DNA from: Vicinamibacterales bacterium
Lineage (GTDB): Bacteria; Acidobacteriota; Vicinamibacteria; Vicinamibacterales; UBA2999
DNA length: 64,000 nucleotides
Assembly: GCA_036732565.1 (NCBI GenBank)
Contig: DAINCF010000001.1
Span: 1,787 to 65,786, forward strand
Direction of reading: 5' to 3'
Shown here one piece after another: positions 35,538 to 43,011 of the stretch. A program made the position numbers and the translations under genes. The notes under the pieces are model-generated. The model saw only the letters and a program-made list of their open reading frames with translations, made no database searches and was not told where the DNA came from. Position 1 is the first letter of the stretch, and every line of letters begins with the position of its first letter.

Positions 35538-36101
35538 CTAGAACAGCACTCGCAGACCCACGCGCGTTCGCAGGGATCCGCTCGAGCCGAGGGTATCGAC
35601 CGGTCCGCCGTACGCTCCTTCGACGAAAAGAGAAGCGTTCTCTTTGATCGCGGTCTGAACGCCAAGTTTTCCGAGGACCTCGGGCTTGATGTCGACGCCT
35701 TCCGTCTGACTCAGCGGTGTACTGACCTCACCGCCGAAGTACGCGCTCGATGCCTTTTGCGGCGTGAAGTAGAAAGCGGCGCTACCGTTTGTGTAGAAGA
35801 GAGGTGTCGACCCCCGCTTGACCGTTCCGCTGCCGCTGAGGCCGAACGACAGCACGAAGCGGTTGGTGACGAACCGACCGAAGTCAACGGCCCCGAAGAT
35901 GTTGGTCGATGTCGACGTTCCGCCCTCGAAGCCGCCGACACCCTCGGTGCTTGAAATCTGTGTAAACGTTGCAAAACTGAGACTCAGTTGCTTCGCGCCC
36001 TTGCGCCCGACGGTACGTGCCCCCTCGGCCGACTGGCCGAATGCAGGGGCAGCCGCGACGCTGACGAAAAGAGCAATCAAGACCGGCAGATACTTCCGCA
36101 T
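35538..36101 (-). CDS. Small outer-membrane beta-barrel protein
   Basis: MRKYLPVLIALFVSVAAAPAFGQ signal (GGAGG SD; the ORF extends to 36122). Alternating beta-strand pattern and a C-terminal ...GLRVLF. Confidence 0.75.
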   Translation of the reverse strand: MRKYLPVLIALFVSVAAAPAFGQSAEGARTVGRKGAKQLSLSFATFTQISSTEGVGGFEGGTSTSTNIFGAVDFGRFVTNRFVLSFGLSGSGTVKRGSTPLFYTNGSAAFYFTPQKASSAYFGGEVSTPLSQTEGVDIKPEVLGKLGVQTAIKENASLFVEGAYGGPVDTLGSSGSLRTRVGLRVLF

Positions 36102-36142
36102 GTTGGACCTCCGTGTGCTCACGCGTTGATGGGTGCGAACGC

Positions 36143-36625
36143 CTAGAAACGCGAAACGCGGCGGCGTTCGATCTCCTTGACCAACTGCTCGCCCTTGATG
36201 CTGATGCGCACGCGATAGCGCGTGCTGTTGGGCTCGAAGCCGGCCGAGTCGATGTCATAGTTGCGAATCACGGCATTCACGCTGGTCTCGACGACGCTCC
36301 TCACGTCTTGGTTGTTCATCACCATCGTGTTGCCGCGAACTTCGGATTGAACCTTCTGTGCCAGGTCGGCTTGCGCGAGACTGAGCGCCGACTGACGTGC
36401 CAACCCTTCGTTCTTGTGATCGAAGATGCCTTCGCCGCCAATCACCGTGGTTTCGAACACGCGGCGCAGCTCGCTGAGAATGCGATCGTCTTTCCGGAGG
36501 CTTTCGTCGGCGACCGCGCCGCCGGGTGTGTAGACGGTGACTTTCTCCTGAGTGCTGGCGCACCCGGTAGCGCATGCGAGGGTCAGAACCGCCGCCACTT
36601 CTCTCCACCAACTCTTCGTCCTCAT
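36143..36625 (-). CDS. Lipoprotein, LPP20/FlgP-like (tentative family)
   Basis: Lipobox region AAVLTLACATGCAST. The pattern ARQSALSLAQADLAQKVQSEVRGNTMV...YRVRISIK resembles the LPP20 family. Confidence 0.6.
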   Translation of the reverse strand: MRTKSWWREVAAVLTLACATGCASTQEKVTVYTPGGAVADESLRKDDRILSELRRVFETTVIGGEGIFDHKNEGLARQSALSLAQADLAQKVQSEVRGNTMVMNNQDVRSVVETSVNAVIRNYDIDSAGFEPNSTRYRVRISIKGEQLVKEIERRRVSRF

Positions 36626-36653
36626 GACTGCCTCCTACGGTTGGATTGAGCTC

Positions 36654-37988
36654 TCACATCACGGTCATGCGGACGATGAACTTGTCCGCGCTCACTAGTT
36701 GCACTGGCCGTCCGGCCGCCTGAATACAGGTCGCCACGAGCTCGTCTTGCGGCAGCAGGACGTAGCCGGACAGCATCTCGAGTTCCGCCTGTGGGTGACT
36801 GGCGGTCGGCACGCTCGCAAATCGCACCGAATCGATGCCTTCGAGAGTTTCGAGACCAGCCTTCAGCCGTTGCGCGATCGAGAGGTCGACGTTCGCGAAC
36901 GTGACGCGCGTAACTCGCGGCCGGGAGGCGAGGATGCTCGGAATCTTCCAAGCCAGCGCGGCTGCGAACTCGGACGCGACGCCTTGCAGCGAAGATGTGA
37001 TGGCGCCGAGCGCGCTGGTATGCGCCTTCGTCACGCTGCGGCTGAAGGCCTCGATGATGTAACCGTTCGACACCACCATCGCTTTCGCTGAGGCGACGGT
37101 CGTTGCCGAGGCGAACTCCACGTCTTGCGGTTTGATTCGCTGCCAGGACAACTGCACGTTGCCTGTGAGGAGCATGTCAGCGCCGACCGCTCGCGCTACT
37201 GCGACCGCATCCAACGTGATGCCCTGACGTGCCCGTTCGAGCTGCGCCGCATTCACCGATCCGGCGGCCATCACGTCGTCGGAAGTCATCACCGGGTATC
37301 CGAATGCACCGAAGGCTTGGGCGATGGCGGCCTCGGCATTGCGCATCGTGCCCGAGGTCGTAGAGGCCGGAGTGTGTCCCCATGGCGTCGATCCGGACGC
37401 GCTCTGCGTCTCCGGCGGAGGTGCATTGAAGGCCGCCTCGGGAAGCAACACCAACAGTCGAGGGTTGCCCATGACGTCGAGATAGAGTTTGAGACCGTCG
37501 AGCTCACTGGCGGCCTCGCCGGTCGACTGCACGACCATCGCGTCGATGCGCACCTCGTACTTCGGCGGCGTCTCCTCGACGAGGCCTTCTCCCACAAGCT
37601 CGTACGACTTGACGAACCCTTTCGAGCGAGACGCGACGATGTCGCTGACTGCCCGAACGTTGCGCACGAGCGTCAGACGGCCGATCTCGACTCCGGCGCC
37701 GCGTGCCACGGCTTCGGCGTAGGCTGACTGGAGCGCTGCCTGACGAGCGGCGGACACATTGCCTCCAAACACCGTGGCCGATCCGATGACGAACACTCTT
37801 TCCGCTGGCCGAGGCTCGTTCGCGAGCGCTCGGACTTCGCCGACGCCCTGTCGCCCGGGCTGGGGCTCGACTCCCTGCACCGTCGGCGTACGAGGTGGCA
37901 CGGGTGTGACTTGTCCCGCAGCGGGAGAGGTGGTGCCGAGCAGTGTTGGCACCAGCAGCGTTCCAAAGAGCAGAGCGATCTTGATCAT
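36654..37988 (-). CDS. Secreted multi-domain protein, FlgT-like architecture (LPP20-like N-terminal domain plus a TolB-N/CsgG-like middle domain); tentative
   Basis: Signal peptide MIKIALLFGTLLVPTLLG. The N-terminal domain is AARQAALQSAYAEAVARGAGVEI...YEVRIDAMV. The middle domain is PRLLVLLPE...ARAVGADMLLTGNV. Confidence 0.6.
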   Translation of the reverse strand: MIKIALLFGTLLVPTLLGTTSPAAGQVTPVPPRTPTVQGVEPQPGRQGVGEVRALANEPRPAERVFVIGSATVFGGNVSAARQAALQSAYAEAVARGAGVEIGRLTLVRNVRAVSDIVASRSKGFVKSYELVGEGLVEETPPKYEVRIDAMVVQSTGEAASELDGLKLYLDVMGNPRLLVLLPEAAFNAPPPETQSASGSTPWGHTPASTTSGTMRNAEAAIAQAFGAFGYPVMTSDDVMAAGSVNAAQLERARQGITLDAVAVARAVGADMLLTGNVQLSWQRIKPQDVEFASATTVASAKAMVVSNGYIIEAFSRSVTKAHTSALGAITSSLQGVASEFAAALAWKIPSILASRPRVTRVTFANVDLSIAQRLKAGLETLEGIDSVRFASVPTASHPQAELEMLSGYVLLPQDELVATCIQAAGRPVQLVSADKFIVRMTVM

Positions 37989-38012
37989 GAGGTGGCGCCA
38001 CTGAAGGTGTCG

Positions 38013-38420
38013 TCAACGAGAGCAATCGCCGCTGTTGCATGTGAGATTGATCTCCATGCAACTGCCTGCGCTCACCGTGTGCGTACCCGACCAGCTTCCA
38101 CCGGTGTTGGTGCGCGCGGTGTAGCTGTGCGGGCCAACATTGAGCGTGGTGGCGACGCGGGCATCCCCATCGTTGACACAGGAGACGCCATTGCCGGCTT
38201 CGTAGTACCTGCGGAGCGTGCCGATGTAGGCGTCGTCGACATAGATGTCGATGGTCGACCAGCCGCGGTTTGCGTTCGTCGAGAACGCGAGCCGGCCGGT
38301 CTGAGGTGTCGTCGTGCTCGGGCCGACCGGGTTGATGGTGTTGCCATCCTGATCGGTGGTGCTGCTGCACGCCGACGCGAGGATGGCCGCCACCAAGAGC
38401 ATTGAAGCAAACAAGCGCAT
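38013..38420 (-). CDS. Small Cys-containing lipoprotein, unknown function
   Basis: MRLFASMLLVAAILASACSS (lipobox-like). 135 aa with 5 further Cys. Confidence 0.7.
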   Translation of the reverse strand: MRLFASMLLVAAILASACSSTTDQDGNTINPVGPSTTTPQTGRLAFSTNANRGWSTIDIYVDDAYIGTLRRYYEAGNGVSCVNDGDARVATTLNVGPHSYTARTNTGGSWSGTHTVSAGSCMEINLTCNSGDCSR

Positions 38421-38483
38421 CGTTCATTGCCTCCGCGCCCTAGACGGACGTGGCTGCTGCGTTCTGAGGACGTTGAACGAGGG

Positions 38484-39227
38484 CTAGTGAGATTCGAACA
38501 TCGACGTTCCGGTCACGCCCTGTTCCTCGAGGTTACGGCGCAAGGAACGCAGCATGCGATCGAATCGGCGATACAGGACTTTCGGATCGGTTCCGAACGT
38601 GTTCGCGAGGTCTTGCACCGTTCGCCGATCTCGAAAGCGCAGCTGAATCAGGTGGAGGTCCCCGACCGGCAGCCGCTCCAAGGCGGCGGAGAGGCTGGCA
38701 CGAGCGCGTAACCTCCGGCAGCGTCGCTCGCGTGCCGCCAGCGGATCGGCAAATGGCGTTTCACCAACTTCGCCAACGACGTCGATCGACACTCTGCGGC
38801 GTCGTTGGCGGGGCGGCAGGAGCTGTTGCAGCTGCCGAAGGTCAGCGCGTGAGGGTGCGTTCGCGCCTCGGCTGACAATCTCGATCGCTTCGTCCGCGGT
38901 GAATCCATCTCGCGAGACCAGGCGCTCGAGGCGAATGGCGGGTTCCCCTAGCCTGGTCGCCGCCACTGTCGGCCGCCACTTCCCATATGTGCTGTTCTGC
39001 CAATCAAGCAGCATTCGCAGGACCACGACATTGAGGTAACGCCTCAGTGAGCTTCGACCGTCGAAGCGGCTAAACACGTCGTATTCGCGCTCGACGACGC
39101 GCAAATGGACGGTTTGCGCGAAATCTTCCGCGTCTTCTCGGGACATCCGTCGGGAACGGGCAACTTCTCGAATCACGCAAGAAAGGAGCGCCATTTGGTC
39201 CGGTAACGGGGAGATTGGTGTGCTCAT
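38484..39227 (-). CDS. Sigma-70-family (ECF-like) sigma factor with a ~90-aa insertion between regions 2 and 4; first gene of the operon
   Basis: Region 2: EDAEDFAQTVHLRVVEREYDVF...LNVVVLRMLLDW. Region 4: LPVGDLHLIQLRFRDRRTVQDLANTFG. ATG 39227 has a GAGGG SD and a TGATG junction with the upstream small ORF. The ORF track start is GTG 39260. Confidence 0.75.
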   Translation of the reverse strand: MSTPISPLPDQMALLSCVIREVARSRRMSREDAEDFAQTVHLRVVEREYDVFSRFDGRSSLRRYLNVVVLRMLLDWQNSTYGKWRPTVAATRLGEPAIRLERLVSRDGFTADEAIEIVSRGANAPSRADLRQLQQLLPPRQRRRRVSIDVVGEVGETPFADPLAARERRCRRLRARASLSAALERLPVGDLHLIQLRFRDRRTVQDLANTFGTDPKVLYRRFDRMLRSLRRNLEEQGVTGTSMFESH

Positions 39228-39394
39228 CACGCCCTCGCTGGTGTGGGGTTTCGCCAACACTCCATAAACGGAGACGCAGTGAAAACCGAACAGCTGGCGG
39301 TGCGGCGAGCGCAGTCGACAGACTCCTGGGCAGGTGCCGTCCGCCGTTGTCGTGGAGAGAACGTGCAGAGGATCGGAGCGAATCGAAACACCAT
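39227..39394 (-). CDS. Candidate 55-codon upstream ORF translationally coupled to the sigma gene (tentative)
   Basis: AGGAGG sits 7 nt before ATG 39394. Its TGA stop shares its A with the sigma ATG (TGATG). Peptide: MVFRFAPILCTFSPRQRRTAPAQESVDCARRTASCSVFTASPFMECWRNPTPARA. Hand-counted GC3 is only about 64%, so coding status is unsure. Confidence 0.3.
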   Translation of the reverse strand: MVFRFAPILCTFSPRQRRTAPAQESVDCARRTASCSVFTASPFMECWRNPTPARA

Positions 39395-39518
39395 CGTGCG
39401 ACCTCCTACCCTCAGACGCGCGAGACGCCCGTGAAGTAGATCGTGTGGTGTCGCGACGCCTGACACCCTGAGGTCGTGTCCCGACCGTGAATGAAGCGAA
39501 GGGGCCCTCGTGGCGTGC

Positions 39519-39550
39519 GGAACTGCTTGGGTTTATCGGCGATCGCGTAC
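39519..39550 (+). promoter_or_regulatory. Candidate ECF-type promoter (GGAAC ... CGCGTA) upstream of the ECF sigma gene at 39594
   Basis: GGAAC at 39519-39523, followed 16-20 nt later by GCGAT/CGCGTA. Position is 45-75 nt before the start. Motif-only call. Confidence 0.25.
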
Positions 39551-39593
39551 GACGGTCTTCCCTGTATTATTCGAGCCAACAGTCCTCCACCGC

Positions 39594-40163
39594 ATGGACC
39601 TAGAGTCGTCGTTCGAGCTGATTGAACGTGCGCAAGCCGGCGATTCGTCGGCCCTCGAACGCCTGCTCGCGCGCTATCGCCCACGCCTTCAGCGATGGGC
39701 CAGTGGGCGCTTGCCCCGTTATGCCCGCGACATGACCGACACGGACGATCTCGTGCAGGAGGCGTTGATCGGCACGTTCAAGAACTTCAAGGCATTCGAG
39801 CACCGGGGTGAATGGGCGCTACAGGGATACCTACGGCGTGCGGTGACCAACCGCATTCGGGACGAACTGCGTAGGGTCGAAGCGCAGCCCAGACGTGAGG
39901 AGTTGCGAGACGACACGCCGGGTAGCGACCGCTCGCCCCTCGAACTGGCCATGGGTCGTGAGGCGTTCGGCAGGTACGACACGGCGCTGTCGCTCTTGGA
40001 GGGCGTCGAACGCGAAGCCGTGATTGCCAGAATCGAATTGGGCTGCAGCTACCAAGAGATCGCAGCGCTCGCCGACAGGGCAAGCGCGGATGCCGCGCGG
40101 ATGTTGGTGGCACGAGCCTTGGCCAAGCTGGCGACAGCAATGGCTGGGAATTCTCACGCCTAG
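39594..40163 (+). CDS. ECF-type RNA polymerase sigma factor
   Basis: MDLESSFELIERAQAGDSSALERLLARYRPRLQRWASGRL, DDLVQEALIGTFKNFKAF and region 4 EREAVIARIELGCSYQEIAAL. The ORF track starts at GTG 39510. Confidence 0.85.
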   Translation: MDLESSFELIERAQAGDSSALERLLARYRPRLQRWASGRLPRYARDMTDTDDLVQEALIGTFKNFKAFEHRGEWALQGYLRRAVTNRIRDELRRVEAQPRREELRDDTPGSDRSPLELAMGREAFGRYDTALSLLEGVEREAVIARIELGCSYQEIAALADRASADAARMLVARALAKLATAMAGNSHA

Positions 40164-40217
40164 GCCGTCTATTGTGTGTCCTGGTTGAGCTGTTATCATC
40201 TGCGCGGAACAGAGCTG

Positions 40218-42713
40218 ATGTTGTCTCGTGATGCCACGTTGCTGACTCTCGCAGAGGCTGTTGCTGACGGCTCCGACATCGACTGGCTGCGTGCGGAGTC
40301 CAGCGCGGATGGCGTCAGCCAACTGGAGATCGTGCAGCAGCTCCGGCTCCTGGCGAGTCTCGGTGCATCGAGTCGTGCGACCGCGGCGCAGTGGGGACCA
40401 CTCCAGCTGCGAAGCGAGATTGGCGGGGGCACCTTCGGAACCGTCTACCGGGCCTGGGATCCTCGCCTCGAACGCGAAGTCGCGTTGAAGCTGCTCCATC
40501 CGGAACCTGGAACCCCCTCGAGCCCTTCGACAGTCGTCAAAGAAGCGCGGCTCCTCGCCCAGGTGGACAGGCATCCGAGTGTTGTCAAGGTCTACGGCGC
40601 AGACGTTTTCGATGGCAGGGTCGGTATCTGGATGGAGTTCGTAACCGGGCGAACCCTAAAGCAGATCATCGAGGAGCAAGGACCGTTCGGGGCCGAGGAA
40701 GCCGCTCTGATAGGTCGTGATTTGTGTGGAGCGCTGGCAGCGGTGCACAAGCTTGGCTTCGTTCACCGGGATGTCAAGGCGCAGAACGTGATGCGGGAAG
40801 CCGGCGGGCGGATTGTCCTGATGGATTTCGGCGCAGGACACGCAGCCGCCGATCGCGAACTGCGCCCGCTGGCCGGCACGCCGCTGTACTTGGCACCCGA
40901 GCTGCTCGGCGGAGCGACCGCGAGTCCACAGTCCGATCTATACAGCCTTGGGGTACTTCTGTACTACCTGGTCACCGGGCAGTTCCCAGTGACAGCGACA
41001 TCGCTGTCCGAATTGCGTGCGCGGCACGCGGAAGGCAGCCGCCAACTGTTACGCGACGCGCGGCCGGACTTGCCTGATTGGTTCGTGCGAGCGGTCGATC
41101 AAGCAACCGCGCCGATGCCGTCCGACCGCCCACAGAGTGCCGGGGCGCTGGAAGCGCTCTTGGAGCCAGGGTCACGGCTCGCCTCGGGACCTACTTCTGT
41201 CGTTCGACCGCTCTCGCGGCGATTAGCGCCTACTTGGGCACTGGCAGCCGTGTGTGTCCTGACGCTCTTAGCTCTGATCGGGCTGGCGCTCTTCACGATG
41301 CAGGGAGGCACGACTCTAGGTGTTGTACCCAAAGTGGCCGTTCTTCCGATTCTCAACTTGTCTGGACAGCCCGACTGGATCGCCGACGCTTTCGCCGACG
41401 ACCTGATGACCACCTTCACCCTCGTCGATGGCGTGCAACTGGCGGGTTGGACATCGGCCTCTGCCGCAGCTCGTCGGCCTGGCGCGAGTCCGACTGAAAT
41501 CGCAACGGCGCTCGGCGTTGAGTGGTTGATTGAGGGATCGGTCCGCCGAGGAGAATCCAGCGACGGTGTGTTGGTCAATCTGAGACTTCTGGATCGCGCC
41601 GGGTCGGTGCGATGGAGCAATTCGTTCAGCAAAGCCGTTCGCGACCTGACCACTGTTCCCCGGGAGGCCGTGACCGGTGTGGCTTCGGCAATAGGCATAG
41701 CTCTCCCCGTCGATGCACCGGTTCGCACGGGCCTTCCGCACAGTCAGAATGACGGGGCTCGAGCTGCCTACCTGGAGGCCAGATCGCTCCTTCGGAACGA
41801 CACGGTCGCGAACTACAAAGCCGCGCGCGGCTACCTCGAGCGCGCGATCGCGCTCGATTCTCAGTACGCGATGGCACACGCGACTTTGGGAAGATGCCTC
41901 ATCGATCTTCAAGTGAACGGACTCGTGCCGACGAGCGAAGCGATCCCTCTGGCACGCGAGCACATCAACCGGGCGATCGCTCTCGATGGGCGCCTGTCAG
42001 AGCCCCACACACGGTTGGCGGACCTGCGCCTCTACTATGACCGTGACTGGTCTGGAGCTGGCGATTCATATCGGAACGCCATCAGCCTCAATCCGAACGA
42101 TATCCTTGCTCGCATCCAGTACTCGAAGTACCTCGCCGCGCTCGGACGCGTAAACGAGGCGGTCGTTCAAGCCAGGACTGCTGAAGATCTCGATCCAGTT
42201 TCTCCGGCTACCGGGAACGTTGCGATGATGCTTTACTACGCGCGTCGCCATGACGAGTCGGTGGTGGCTTTCCAGCGGCGTCTTCGAGCCTCACCTGGCT
42301 TGACGCAAGTGCATTTCAGTATCGGCCGCGTCTATGCGGCCAAGGGTGCGTTCGGTGACGCCCTTCGTGAGTTGCGGCGAGCCATTGAAATTGGCGGCGG
42401 CGCGACGGCCAGCCCTCTCTACCTTGCGGAATTGGCACGTACCCATGCGCAGGCGGGCGACGAGTCAGAAGCGAGGCTCCAACTTTCGACCCTGGAACGC
42501 GCGAATCCACAACTGAGCGCTAATCTCCGCGCCTACTTCGGATATGTTTACGCGGCGCTGGGAGATAAGGACAAAGCCTTCGAGCTTCTGCAGGCTGCTG
42601 TGGACGAACAGGCGGCCGTTCTGATGTGGGCGCAGGTAGACCCACGATTGGATGGCCTGCGTGACGATGCTCGATATCCACAACTCCTACGCAGTATTGC
42701 GCTTGTCAAGTGA
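40218..42713 (+). CDS. Ser/Thr protein kinase with a TM segment, a TolB-N/CsgG-like module and TPR repeats (paralog of 21245-23875)
   Basis: GGGTFGTVYRAWD, VALKLL, HRDVKAQNV, DFGAG and APE. TM segment WALAAVCVLTLLALIGLALF. VAVLPILNLSGQPDW...EWLIEGSV, then TPR repeats. The ORF track starts at GTG 40176. Confidence 0.9.
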   Translation: MLSRDATLLTLAEAVADGSDIDWLRAESSADGVSQLEIVQQLRLLASLGASSRATAAQWGPLQLRSEIGGGTFGTVYRAWDPRLEREVALKLLHPEPGTPSSPSTVVKEARLLAQVDRHPSVVKVYGADVFDGRVGIWMEFVTGRTLKQIIEEQGPFGAEEAALIGRDLCGALAAVHKLGFVHRDVKAQNVMREAGGRIVLMDFGAGHAAADRELRPLAGTPLYLAPELLGGATASPQSDLYSLGVLLYYLVTGQFPVTATSLSELRARHAEGSRQLLRDARPDLPDWFVRAVDQATAPMPSDRPQSAGALEALLEPGSRLASGPTSVVRPLSRRLAPTWALAAVCVLTLLALIGLALFTMQGGTTLGVVPKVAVLPILNLSGQPDWIADAFADDLMTTFTLVDGVQLAGWTSASAAARRPGASPTEIATALGVEWLIEGSVRRGESSDGVLVNLRLLDRAGSVRWSNSFSKAVRDLTTVPREAVTGVASAIGIALPVDAPVRTGLPHSQNDGARAAYLEARSLLRNDTVANYKAARGYLERAIALDSQYAMAHATLGRCLIDLQVNGLVPTSEAIPLAREHINRAIALDGRLSEPHTRLADLRLYYDRDWSGAGDSYRNAISLNPNDILARIQYSKYLAALGRVNEAVVQARTAEDLDPVSPATGNVAMMLYYARRHDESVVAFQRRLRASPGLTQVHFSIGRVYAAKGAFGDALRELRRAIEIGGGATASPLYLAELARTHAQAGDESEARLQLSTLERANPQLSANLRAYFGYVYAALGDKDKAFELLQAAVDEQAAVLMWAQVDPRLDGLRDDARYPQLLRSIALVK

Positions 42714-42783
42714 CGGAGCTTAGTCGGTCCGATTCAGTCTCAGCGGCGGACTGGACCAACGCCACATAACCGAGGAGGCCGGC

Positions 42784-43011
42784 ATGGCTGTGACGGTGAA
42801 TCTGCACAAGGACAAAGCAAAGCTGGAGGCGAAGATTGACGCCCTTCGAGATCTGGACACTAAGGAGGCTGAGCGCATGGCGAAGGCACTCGAACGCCTC
42901 TTGAAAGTCATGAAGGGCGTGTGCGTTGTCATGGGAAAAAAAGACTCCAGTATGGCCCGAGTGTTTCGACGCGAGGATAAGTCGAACAAGCCCAAACCAT
43001 CCAATCGATGA
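42784..43011 (+). CDS. 75-aa Lys-rich helical small protein; possible precursor or partner of the downstream SagB-type dehydrogenase
   Basis: GAGGAGG sits 5 nt before ATG 42784. ATGA overlap with the next gene. Hand count gives 120 G+C of 228 nt (~53%). Confidence 0.6.
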   Translation: MAVTVNLHKDKAKLEAKIDALRDLDTKEAERMAKALERLLKVMKGVCVVMGKKDSSMARVFRREDKSNKPKPSNR

